DNA of 64,000 bases, taken from NCBI GenBank assembly GCA_963793475.1, contig CAWCAL010000004.1:221964-285963 (forward strand). The letters are read 5' to 3'. The notes beneath the pieces are model-generated. The model was not told the DNA's origin. It saw nothing but the letters and a program-made list of their open reading frames with translations, and did not search any database. The stretch's first letter is position 1. Every line of letters begins with the position of its first letter. Both the position numbers and the translations under genes were made by a program. The stretch is from an uncultured Acidimicrobiales bacterium. GTDB taxonomy: Bacteria; Actinomycetota; Acidimicrobiia; Acidimicrobiales; CAWCAL01. This document shows positions 17,667 to 26,942 of the stretch, one piece after another.

Positions 17667-20600
17667 TCAGGTGGTCAGGTCGATGTCCGCCGGTTCACGG
17701 GTGAGGTCGATGTCGACCGGCTGCCGCTCGGCGACCACCTTGGAGGAGCCACCCGGTTGCATCGTGACGCCGTACAGGACGTCGGCCGCCTCCATCGTGC
17801 GCTTCTGATGGCTGACGATCATCAGCTGAGCGTCCTGACGGAAGTCGTCGACGAGCTGCAGGAATCGGTGGAGATTCACATCGTCCAGCGCGGCCTCGAC
17901 CTCGTCCATGACGTAGAACGGTGAGGGCCGGCTCCGGAACACGGCGAACAGATAGGCCAGCGCGGTCAGGGACCGCTCTCCACCCGACAGGAGGCTGAGC
18001 TTCTTCACGTTCTTGCCCGACGGGCGGGCCTGGATCTCGATCCCGGTGGCCAGCAGGTCGTCGGGTTCGGTGAGCCGAAGGGACCCCTCCCCGCCGGGGA
18101 ACAACGTGGAGAAGAGCTGGGTGAAGTTCTGGGCGACGTCGACGAACGCAGCACGGAACACGTTGACGATCTCGGCGTCGATCGCCCGGATCACCTTGGT
18201 TAGCTCGCGTCGACTGGAGCGCACGTCGTCGAGCTGCTCCTGGAGGAACTCGTGTCGCTCTTGGAGCGCCTCGAACTCCTCGAGCGCCAGCGGGTTGATG
18301 GGGCCCATCAGCTTGAGGTCGCGCTCCAGCTCGCGCACCCGCGCTGCCACGCTGACCCCCTCATCCAGCTCGGGACACGGCGCGTCGATCGTCCGGTCGG
18401 GTTCGATGTCGAGATCGCGCCGGATCATCTCGATGTGTGACTCCAACCGCAAGGTCTGCTCGGCGTGATCCAGCTCGGCCCGACGTTCTCGTTCGCGCTG
18501 CTCCGCCAGACGGGTCTCCAGCTCGGACCGCTGCGCCCTGATCTCGTCGAGCTGGGCGGCTACCGCCCGGGCGGCTTCGGACTGGGCCTGGCGGCGCTGT
18601 CGTAGCTCGGTGAGGTGGGTGTCGACCTGCGTCGACACCGCCCCGACCCAGGTGGCCAGCCGGTCGTTGAGGACGGCCCGCCGGTCGAGCACCGCTTGCC
18701 GGGCTCGGCCTCCTGGCGCTTCTCCTCGTAGCGGCTCAGCCGCTGGTCCAGCTCGGTGAGGCGCGACTGGAGCAGCTCTCGGCGTTCCGTGGCCGCTCCC
18801 GCCCGCACCTCCAGGTCGGTGCGCCGAGCAGCGAGCTCGGAGACGCTGCCATCGAGCTCGGCGCGCGAGGCCGCCATGGCGCGACTGGACTCCAGCAGCT
18901 TCGACTCGGCCGCTTCCAGGGCCGGCAGTCGCTCGGCCAGTTCCACCTCTCGTTGGCGGTCCCGCTGGATCCCGGTCTCGAGATTGCGCCGGTGCCCCTC
19001 GATGGTCTCGACCTCGCTGAGGAGCTCACGGCCGCGGCTCTCCACCTGGCGGAAGTGCTCCGATGCCTCTCGGTGTTTGGTCTCGGCGGTGCGGGCCTGG
19101 GCCTGACTCTCGCGCAGGCCGGTCCGCGCCATCTCGAGTGACCGGGAGGCTTCGGCGGCGGCCGACTCCAGGCTCTCCAGACGTTCGGTCTGACGCCGGC
19201 ACTCGGCCCGAGCCTCGTCAAGGGCGCCCGCCGTGGCCCCGGAGCCGACCGAACCCACCCGCCAACCCGTCGATCCGAATCGGTCACCGGCGCGAGTGAC
19301 GACGAGGACGTCGGGTTTGGCCAGAGCGACCTCGACCGCCTGTGTCCAACCGCCCTCGACGGCCAGCGCCAGACCCACGAGCGCGTCGAGGAGCCCGTCG
19401 ACCTCGGGTCGCCGACCGCGAACGTGGGAGCGCACGGCATCGGCGGTGGAGAGCGGCACCATCTGCATCCGGCCGCCCGCCAGCGGCAGCACCGACCCGG
19501 TCAGGGCGTTCTCCTTGAGGATCTCGAGCGCCCGCGTCGTGCTCTCGACCCCGTCGATCACCATCGCGTCGAGGGCCTCGCCCGCCGCTGCTTCGAACGC
19601 CGCCTCCCAGCCCGGGTCGACATCGACCAGCTCGCGGAGTGTGCCGAGCACGCCGTCGAGATCGGCGAGCCGTTCGGCCCCGGCCCGTGACCGGGCCTCG
19701 TCCAGCGCCAGAGCGAGCGCTTCGACCCGGCTCTCCCAGGCTCGCAACTCGTTGCGTCCGTCCTGCAGCTCATCGGTCGCAGCGTCGGCGGCCTCTGTCG
19801 CCTGCTGCACCATGGTCTCGCAGTGTTCGGTGGCCACGGCTTCGCGACGGATCAGTGCGTCCGCAGCACCGACCTGCTGGGCCGCTTCCTCGATCGAGGC
19901 CGTCACGGCGATGCTGTCGTCACGCAACGCGGTGACCCGCTCGGTCGTCCGGGCCTGGTCGGCCCGGGCCCGTTCGAGCGACGCCCGAAGGGCGGCCAGC
20001 TCGCCGCGCACCTCTCCGGCGTCGGCCTCCGCCGCGTCCGGGTCCTCGTCCCACTCGAACTCGAACGCGGACCGACGTCGGGCCAGCTCGGCCTCCTCGG
20101 CGACCAGGGCCTCGAGCTCCGGTTCGATGGACGCCTCGTCGCTCGCCACCGCGGCCAGCTCGGCCACGGCGCGGGCCCGATCGTTGGTGAGGGTGGCGAC
20201 GAGGGCCTCGTCGACGAACGAATCCCGCTCGCGCTCGATCCCACACGCCCGCTCACGGAGCAGCTCGCCCAGCCCGATGCCCTTCTGGGCCAGGGACTCA
20301 CAACGACCGAGCGCATCCCCCAGGTCGTCGGCGCCCATCGCCGCCAGCTCGGATTCGCGAGCCACGATGGCCGAGTCCAGCGACGCCAGCTCGGAGATCA
20401 ACCCCTTCGCGGTGGCCTCCAGCTCTCGCCGATCGGCCGCGGATCGCTCCAGCCGGGTCCGCATGCGACCCAGCTCGAGTCCGGCGGCGTGGATCCGCAG
20501 CGCCTGCAGCTCGGCCACCACGTCGCCGTGTCGTCGCGCCGCGTCCGCCTGCCGCTCCAGCGGTCGCAGCTGCCGTCGTACCTCGCGCAGCAGGTCGGAG

Positions 20601-21172
20601 AGGCGGGAGAGGTTCCCTTCGGTCGAGACCAGACGCCGCTCGGCCTTCTCCTTGCGGCGGCGGTATTTCAGGACGCCGGCCGCTTCCTCGATGATGGCCC
20701 GACGATCCTCGGGGCGAGCGTTGAGCACCGCGTCGATCTGACCCTGGCTGATGATGACGTGTTGCTGACGGCCGACGCCGGAGTCGCTGAGGAGCTCCTG
20801 GATGTCGAGCAGGCGGCAGGGCACGCCGTTCAGGGCGTACTCGGAATCACCCGACCGGAACAGCGTGCGCGTGATCGTCACCTCGTTGAACTCGATCGGC
20901 AGGATGCCTGACCCGTTGTCGATGGTCAGCGACACCTCGGCCCGACCGAGCGGCGCCCGTGTGGCCGTACCGGCGAAGATCACGTCGTCCATCTTCTGCG
21001 AACGCACGGCGGTGGGGGCCTGCGCCCCCAACACCCAGGCGATGGCGTCGACGACGTTGGACTTCCCGCTGCCGTTGGGGCCGACGACCACGGTGACCCC
21101 GGGCTCGAGCTCGAGGACGGTGGACTCGGCGAACGACTTGAACCCCTTGAGGGTGAGCGCCTTCAGGAACAC
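17667..21172 (-). pseudogene. smc: chromosome segregation protein SMC, split by a 1-nt frameshift as given
   Basis: ORF 18560..21172 (VFLKALTLKGFKSF...GPNGSGKSN, coiled coils, hinge) and ORF 17667..18692 (LSGGERSLTALAYLFA, FYVMDEVEAALD) are consecutive SMC parts. Junction at 18694-18706. Length is a multiple of 3 after adding one base. Confidence 0.9.
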
Positions 21173-21175
21173 GGC

Positions 21176-22012
21176 TCAGACCTGCGTCTGTTCGCAGTAG
21201 TAGGTCCACTGACCACCGATCTTCGATCGGACGATCTGACCTCTGGCCCTGGCGCTCATCTCCCCCGCCTTCCCGTACACGGTCAGATGGTCCTGGTAGA
21301 CGCCGGGTTCACCGAAGAGATCGGCATACCCGTTCTCCTCCAGCGTCGTCCCCCGGTACTTCACCGCGTCGTGCACGACCTCGACGACCGCCCGGTACAG
21401 CCGGCGGATCTCCTGGGTGCTGAGCGAGTCGGGCGTCCGGTTGTACCGGAGACCGGCGTGGAACAGGATCTCGTCGCTGTAGATCTGACCGAGGCCCACG
21501 AGAAACGTCGGATCCATGAGCAGGAGCTTCAGTCGATCGGAGCGCTCGAGCAGGGCCCGGCCGAACGCGGTCCACGAGATGGGTTCGTCGACCGTGTCGG
21601 TGCCGAGCTCGGCCCATTCGGGTCGCGCGGTGGCCAGTTCGTCGGTCGGCACCAGCAGGATCTCCCCCGTCTGGTCGGGATCGATGTACCGGAGCTGTCC
21701 GTGTTGGGTGAAGATCCAGGTGATCTCGGTGCCCTTCTCGGCCGCTTCCTTGTTGGCCCGCCGTCGCAGACCCCCGGTGGGACCGAGGTCGACGACCATG
21801 GCGAGCTCGTTGTCCAGGGTGAACAGCAGTGACAGTCCCCGCCGGGTCACCGACTGGACCTTGGCATCGACGATCTGCGAGACGAAGTCCTTCTTGTTCC
21901 GGAACTGGGGAAGGCACTTCATCGACGCCACCTCGACCGTCTTGATCTTCCTTCCGGAGACGTCGCGTTCGAGATCACGTCGGTACGTTTCGATCTCGGG
22001 AAGATCAGGCAT
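21176..22012 (-). CDS. mutM: Fpg/Nei-family DNA glycosylase with a degenerate (zincless) C-terminal finger
   Basis: Start MPDLPEIE (catalytic Pro2, Glu). H2TH region LLMDPTFLVGLGQIYSDEILF. The C-terminus GEMSARARGQIVRSKIGGQWTYYCEQTQV keeps only one of four zinc-finger Cys. Confidence 0.8.
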   Translation of the reverse strand: MPDLPEIETYRRDLERDVSGRKIKTVEVASMKCLPQFRNKKDFVSQIVDAKVQSVTRRGLSLLFTLDNELAMVVDLGPTGGLRRRANKEAAEKGTEITWIFTQHGQLRYIDPDQTGEILLVPTDELATARPEWAELGTDTVDEPISWTAFGRALLERSDRLKLLLMDPTFLVGLGQIYSDEILFHAGLRYNRTPDSLSTQEIRRLYRAVVEVVHDAVKYRGTTLEENGYADLFGEPGVYQDHLTVYGKAGEMSARARGQIVRSKIGGQWTYYCEQTQV

Positions 22013-22072
22013 GAAGAACGGCTCCAAGGGGCGGGGGTGGCGGTGCGGCGGTGGCGGGTCGGATGGGTGGAT

Positions 22073-22828
22073 TCATGAGGCTGATGATCCGGTACAGGCG
22101 GCAACGGCTTGCGCAGCGGCCGCCTGCTCGGCTTCCTTCTTCGAGCGACCGGTGCCACGACCACGGATCGGACCGCCGAGGTCGACCGTAGCGTGATACA
22201 CCCGCTCGTGATCGGGTCCCTCGTGTTCTACTCGATACTGGGGGGTCGGCAGGGACTTACGGGCTGCGAGCTCCTGGAGCCGGGTCTTGTGGTCATGATT
22301 CCCCGGGCTGGATTCCGCCTCGACGATGGCCTCGCCGAGCGTTTCCAGGAGGAAACGTCGAGCCGCTTCCAGGCCGCCGTCGCGGTGGATGGCGCCGACG
22401 ACCCCCTCGTAGGCGTCGGAGAGCAGCGACGGCTTGTCCCTGCCCCCGCTGCCGTCCTCACCTCGTCCCAGACGGAGCGCGGTCCCGAGTCCGACGGAGC
22501 GAGCCGCCTCGGCGAGCACCGGCTCGGACACCACCCGGGCGCGCATCTTGGCCATCTGCCCTTCGGGCAGCACCCTGGCGCTCTCGAAGAGCCGCTCGGC
22601 GACGACCACCGACAGGACGGCATCGCCGAGGAACTCCAGTCGCTCGTTGGACTCCGATCCGTCGTGTTCTGAACACCAGGAGCGGTGCGTGACGGCGGTG
22701 ACCAACAGCGCAGGATCGGCGAACCGGTGGCTCAGGCGGTCGGCCAGAGCAGCGATCTCGGGATACGACGCCAGATCCGGAGCCGCGGCCTCACCCAAGC
22801 TTCGCGAAGACGTAGTCGACCGCGTCAC
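22073..22828 (-). CDS. rnc: ribonuclease III
   Basis: ERLEFLGDAVLSVVVAERLF signature and C-terminal dsRBD (GPDHERVYHATVDLGG...GTGRSKKEAEQAAA). Start at 22828, or TTG at 22798. Confidence 0.9.
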   Translation of the reverse strand: MTRSTTSSRSLGEAAAPDLASYPEIAALADRLSHRFADPALLVTAVTHRSWCSEHDGSESNERLEFLGDAVLSVVVAERLFESARVLPEGQMAKMRARVVSEPVLAEAARSVGLGTALRLGRGEDGSGGRDKPSLLSDAYEGVVGAIHRDGGLEAARRFLLETLGEAIVEAESSPGNHDHKTRLQELAARKSLPTPQYRVEHEGPDHERVYHATVDLGGPIRGRGTGRSKKEAEQAAAAQAVAACTGSSAS

Positions 22829-23081
22829 GCACGGTCTTCAGGTCCTCGAGGTCCTCGTCGTCGATCCGAAAGCCGACACTGCGCTCCCCCAGCTCCTCTT
22901 CCAGTGCCTCGACCAGCTCGATCAACGCAAGCGAGTCGGCGTCGAGGTCGTCGGCGAACGCGTCGCCCTCCCCGATGCTGGACGGCTCGATCTCGAGGAT
23001 GTCCGCGAGCCGGTCGCGCACGATCTGCAGGACCTCGGCTCGATCGATCGGACCGCCGGTCACGTGGGTTTCTGCGGGCAC
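22791..23081 (-). CDS. acyl carrier protein-like protein
   Basis: 96 aa with phosphopantetheine site DLDADSLALIELV. GTG start preceded by GGAGGAG. Confidence 0.8.
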   Translation of the reverse strand: MPAETHVTGGPIDRAEVLQIVRDRLADILEIEPSSIGEGDAFADDLDADSLALIELVEALEEELGERSVGFRIDDEDLEDLKTVRDAVDYVFAKLG

Positions 23082-23144
23082 GGTGGCTCCTCCGGTGGGA
23101 TCAGGCGCCGAATACGGCCGCGCACCTTACCAAACCGCTCGCTC

Positions 23145-24140
23145 TCAACCGTCGGCCGGACCGACCGCGGCGGCCAGGGCCGTCACCAGGTCCATTTCGA
23201 CCAGATCGACCGCAGTACGAAGGGCGTTGCAGATGGCCTCCGGGCTGGACGCGCCATGACTGATCAACGAGACCCCCTTCACGCCCAACAGCAGGGCGGC
23301 GCCGTAGGTGTCCGGGTCGAGATCGTGGAAGATCTCGGTCAGGCCCGGCAGGATGGGTTCGACGGCGGCCCGGCTCCGGTCGTCGGCGTCCATCAGCGCC
23401 CGGAGCCGGTCGAGGACGGCCCCGATCCCGCCCTCGAGTGTCTTGAGGGCGACGTTGCCGGTGAACCCGTCGGTCACGACGACATCGACGTCGGGGGACA
23501 TGAGGTCGCGCCCTTCGACGTTGCCCACGAAGGTCGCACCGATCCGCCCACCCAGGGGGCCGTCGGACAACAGGCCGTGGGCCTCCTTCGCCAGCGCATT
23601 GCCCTTTCCGGGCTCTTCACCGATCGAGAGCAGGCCCACCCGCGGCGTCTCGACCCCGTAGCGCTGCCGTGCGTACACGCAACCCATCTGGGCGAACTGC
23701 ACGAGCCACGGTGCCTGACAGTCGGCATTGGCCCCGGCGTCGAGCAGCACGGTGGGCGGGCCACTCACCGACGGGATCGGGGTGGCGATCGCAGGACGCG
23801 CCACACCACGGAGGCGTCCGATCCGGAAGAGCGCACTGGCCATGGCGGCACCGGTGTTGCCGGCGCTGACGGTGGCTGCGGCCCGATCGTCGCGTACGGC
23901 CTCTGCGGCGCGGACCACGGTTGCGTCCTTGCGGCGCCGCACGCTCGACCCCGGATCGTCGGCCATGCCGATGACCTCCGAGGCGGGGACGATCGGCAAC
24001 CCGTGGTGTGTACCCAGACGCTCGGGAGGACCGACCAGCACGACGTCGATGCCGTGATCGTCCCGAGCCCGGCACGCTCCCTCGACGACCGCATCGGGCG
24101 CGTCGTCGCCGCCCATCGCGTCGAGAGCGATCGGCAACAT
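23145..24140 (-). CDS. plsX: phosphate acyltransferase PlsX
   Basis: C-terminal 331 aa of ORF 23145..25280: MLPIALDAMGGDDAP...SAGNTGA...VLLDAGAN...TDGFTGNVALK. ATG (cat) at 24138-24140. Confidence 0.9.
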   Translation of the reverse strand: MLPIALDAMGGDDAPDAVVEGACRARDDHGIDVVLVGPPERLGTHHGLPIVPASEVIGMADDPGSSVRRRKDATVVRAAEAVRDDRAAATVSAGNTGAAMASALFRIGRLRGVARPAIATPIPSVSGPPTVLLDAGANADCQAPWLVQFAQMGCVYARQRYGVETPRVGLLSIGEEPGKGNALAKEAHGLLSDGPLGGRIGATFVGNVEGRDLMSPDVDVVVTDGFTGNVALKTLEGGIGAVLDRLRALMDADDRSRAAVEPILPGLTEIFHDLDPDTYGAALLLGVKGVSLISHGASSPEAICNALRTAVDLVEMDLVTALAAAVGPADG

Positions 24141-24222
24141 CAGGAGGGCGACCGATGGTTGCGTCGGGGCACGGGCAGCCGAGAGCTCGGGCCGTGACCG
24201 GCAACGTTGGCCGGTTGGGGCA

Positions 24223-24402
24223 CTACTCGACGTCGACCGCGTACCGGCCCTTGTACCAACCACAGTTGGGGCAGACGACATGGGGCAGCTTGGCCGAATC
24301 GCAGTTGGGACACACGCTGCGCGCCGGCGCGTCGAGCCGCCAGGCGGATGCTCGGCGACTGCGGGTCTTCGACTTCGACGTCTTCTTCTTGGGTACTGCC
24401 AT
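24223..24402 (-). CDS. rpmF: 50S ribosomal protein L32
   Basis: Hand translation (59 aa, below the ORF-track cutoff): [59 protein letters not shown]. Confidence 0.9.
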   Translation of the reverse strand: MAVPKKKTSKSKTRSRRASAWRLDAPARSVCPNCDSAKLPHVVCPNCGWYKGRYAVDVE

Positions 24403-24490
24403 GAGATCCTGCGCTCGTTCCGGGAACGGCGCATCGTAGCGGCTCGGTCGGTCCGTCGCGAAGCGGACCGCGACGGACCGACCGTTGCGT

Positions 24491-24994
24491 TCAGTCGTCG
24501 AAGGTCAGCTGATCGAGGGCCGCCCAGCGGTCGTCCCGGCGCTCCTCGAGCATCTCCGGGTCGTCCGCCGCGACGAAGGCCTCGGGCACGGGCCCGCGAC
24601 AGTCGCTGCGGCACAGGACGGTGAGCGGGAGCGCACACCTGGCCTCGTCGTGGATGAGCGGCCCGAGGTCGATGGTCCCGTCGTCGGCGATCGGGCCGAT
24701 CTCTTCCGATGACGGACGGTGGTCGAAGTGCTCCTCGACGTCGATCTCGGTGCTGCCCTCGACCGGCTCGAGGCAGCGCCGGCACTCGGCTCGCCAGGGG
24801 ACCTCGAGTCGCCCCGTGACGTCGACGCCGGTAGAGCGCGACTCGAGCACGACGTCGAGGACGACGGACCCGGCCGATTCCGCACCCGCAACGGGAGCTC
24901 GGGCCGGTTCGATCTCGATGGTGCGCCGGACCGAGTCTCGCTGGCCGGGATGTCGGAGGAGGTCGGTGACGACCAGCCTGACGGGTTCGATCAG
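24491..24994 (-). CDS. DUF177 (YceD-like) protein; probable non-canonical CTG start
   Basis: ORF track starts at GVG-coded 24850 (GTG). The family-like N-terminus [30 protein letters not shown] continues upstream in frame with no ATG/GTG/TTG. CTG at 24994 overlaps the upstream TGA. The C-terminus carries the CxxC...C..C region. Confidence 0.7.
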   Translation of the reverse strand: MIEPVRLVVTDLLRHPGQRDSVRRTIEIEPARAPVAGAESAGSVVLDVVLESRSTGVDVTGRLEVPWRAECRRCLEPVEGSTEIDVEEHFDHRPSSEEIGPIADDGTIDLGPLIHDEARCALPLTVLCRSDCRGPVPEAFVAADDPEMLEERRDDRWAALDQLTFDD

Positions 24995-25548
24995 GCCTGT
25001 TCCTGGTCGAACACCGGCGGATCGACGGGGGCCTCTTCGGGCTCCGCCTCGGCGGGGGCGCCGGACGCACCCAACTTGTCCCGTCCGCTGGCGACCATCT
25101 TGGCCGTCCGCTCGAGGATGATCTCGAAACTGCCCAGCTTCTGGTCGCAGAAGTCCTCGACCTCGTGGCGCATCTGCCGGGCCTGCGCCTCGGCGCGATC
25201 GAGGATCTCGCCGGCGCGCTGCTGCGACGCCTTGACCACCTCGGACCGCTGCACCATCTGGGCGACCCGGGTCTGGGCATCGGCGATCATCGCATCGCCC
25301 TCGCGCTGCACCTTGGACAGGTACTCGTCGCGCTCCTTGAGCAGCCAGCGGGCCGCCTTGAGCTCGTCGGGCAACCGTTCGAGGGAGCCCTCGATGAGCT
25401 CGAGCACCTCGTCGCGGTTGATCATCACCGAGGCGGACAACGGCATGGGCCGACCGGCGGCCACCAGCTCCCCGGCTCGGCGGAGCATGTCCTCGACCTC
25501 GGCCAGGTACGGGGCGGTGGACGGTGTTCTGGCACTGGTGTCGGTCAT
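24991..25548 (-). CDS. coiled-coil protein (DivIVA/SepIVA- or ATP-synthase-B-like), function unknown
   Basis: 186 aa from MTDTSARTPSTAPYLAEVEDML; long heptad-like Glu/Arg/Ala-rich helix. ATGA overlap with the coaD stop at 25545-25548. Confidence 0.6.
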   Translation of the reverse strand: MTDTSARTPSTAPYLAEVEDMLRRAGELVAAGRPMPLSASVMINRDEVLELIEGSLERLPDELKAARWLLKERDEYLSKVQREGDAMIADAQTRVAQMVQRSEVVKASQQRAGEILDRAEAQARQMRHEVEDFCDQKLGSFEIILERTAKMVASGRDKLGASGAPAEAEPEEAPVDPPVFDQEQA

Positions 25549-26030
25549 GTCGAGTACCTCTCGTTCAGTCGTTTCGCCACCGGCGGGGGAACCATGGAGG
25601 TGACGTCGCCGCCCAGCCGGGCGACCTCTCGGATGAGCTTCGATGCCAGGAAGGAATGGTCGGACGCCGAGGGAAGGAAGACCGTGTGCACACCGGAGAT
25701 GGCGTGGTTCATCTGGGCCATCTGCAGCTCGCTCTCGAAGTCGGACACGGCGCGCAGGCCCTTCACGATGAAGTCGCAGCCCTCGCTGCGGGCCAGATCG
25801 ACGACCAGCTCGGAGAACATCGTGACCCGCACCGCAGGAAGGTGGGCCACACACTCGTTGAGCATGTCCTCGCGCTCGTCCAGATCGAAGAGTGGTTCAC
25901 CCTTCTGCGGATTCCGCATGGCGGCGACGACCACCTCGTCGAACAACGAGGCCGCGGTCTCCATGATCTCCATGTGACCGTTGTGCACGGGATCGAAGGA
26001 TCCCGGATAGAGCACTCGTGACACGGACAA
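25545..26030 (-). CDS. coaD: phosphopantetheine adenylyltransferase
   Basis: VLYPGSFDPVHNGHMEIMETA (T/HxGH motif)...SSSLIRE-like ASKLIREV. The start could be one of several TTG/GTG codons at 26015-26030. Confidence 0.95.
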   Translation of the reverse strand: MSVSRVLYPGSFDPVHNGHMEIMETAASLFDEVVVAAMRNPQKGEPLFDLDEREDMLNECVAHLPAVRVTMFSELVVDLARSEGCDFIVKGLRAVSDFESELQMAQMNHAISGVHTVFLPSASDHSFLASKLIREVARLGGDVTSMVPPPVAKRLNERYST

Positions 26031-26124
26031 CTCCTGCTGGTGAGCCAGTCGATGGGTGAGGGAAAGGGTCGGGGTTGGCGGACAACCGCGTCAAACCGTG
26101 GCGACGATCGACCGGCACCTCGTC

Positions 26125-26650
26125 TCAGGCGTTGGTCACTCGCCGCGCGTACGCCACCACAGTAGTGCCATAGGTGCGTTCCTTCACCACCCGCCACCCG
26201 GCGCCGAGGTCCACCGAACCGTCCGCCTCGACCACCAGGAGCTCGGCGTCGACGGCGGACCCGAGCTGAGCCAGGGCATCGAATCGATACGGAGGGTCGG
26301 CCAGGACCAGATCGACGGGCCCGGACCGGCGAGCGTGGGCCAGGGCATCGGCCCGGACGACCGTGGCCCGATCGGCGAGGCCGAGTGACGCCAGATTCGC
26401 CTCGATCAGTTCGACGGCGCCGGGCTCTCGGTCCACGAACGTGCAATGGGCCGCGCCCCGCGAAGAGCGCCTCGATCCCGAGCGCTCCGGTCCCGGCGAA
26501 CAGGTCGGTCGCGACGGCGCCCTCCAGCGCGTCGAGGCTGAACAACGTGTTGAAGATGGCCTCACGCACCCGAGCCGACGTGGGTCGGATCGCCGATCCC
26601 TTCGGGGACCGGATGGTTCTGCCCCCGAGCTCGCCGGCGATCACGCGCAT
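26125..26650 (-). pseudogene. rsmD: 16S rRNA (guanine966-N2)-methyltransferase RsmD, split by a 1-nt frameshift as given
   Basis: Frame A MRVIAGELGGRTIRSPKGSAIRPTSARVREAIFN...DLFAGTGALGIEAL, then frame B SRGAAHCTFVDREP...VLADPPY. Junction at about 26462-26467 (CTCTTCG). Length is a multiple of 3 after removing one base. Confidence 0.85.
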
Positions 26651-26873
26651 GCCCGCACGGTACCGTCGAGCCCGACGCTACGGTGCCCGGGTGGACGTTC
26701 CCGAGCACATCGTGTGTGTCGACTGCGGGGGCCGCTGCCACCGGCTGAGCTACCCGCCGCCCGAGGAAGGCTTCGTGCCCGGCGACGTGGTCGCCTACCG
26801 GTGCGAAGACTGCCTCGACCGCTGGGACATCGTGATGGACGACACCGACGACGAGCCCTCGCCCTACTCGTAG
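26649..26873 (+). CDS. possible small zinc-ribbon protein (CxxC...CxxC)
   Basis: Tail of ORF 26385..26873: ...HIVCVDCGGRCHRLSYPPPEEGFVPGDVVAYRCEDCLDRWDIVMDDTDDEPSPYS. ATG at 26649 shares CATG with the divergent rsmD start. Alternative GTG at 26692. Confidence 0.4.
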   Translation: MPARYRRARRYGARVDVPEHIVCVDCGGRCHRLSYPPPEEGFVPGDVVAYRCEDCLDRWDIVMDDTDDEPSPYS

Positions 26874-26879
26874 CCCGGA

Positions 26880-26902
26880 GGAGTTCAGCCGTGCTGAACT
26901 CC
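26880..26902. terminator. perfect 10-bp hairpin between convergent genes
   Basis: ggagttcagc-cgt-gctgaactcc, between the stop at 26873 (+) and the recG stop at 26943 (-). No T-tract. Confidence 0.45.
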
Positions 26903-26942
26903 CAAGGACCCGCCGGGCGCACAGCGCCCTCTTCGCGGGTCC

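Noticed and set aside
10292-18706. Programmed ribosomal frameshifting as an explanation for the broken regulator and smc genes. Both junctions share the octamer CCCGGCAA.
   Set aside because: There is no X XXY YYZ slippery heptamer and no obvious downstream pseudoknot. The other disrupted genes need shifts in both directions at unrelated sequences. A systematic indel-error context is the simpler reading. The shared motif is still mentioned in the overview finding.
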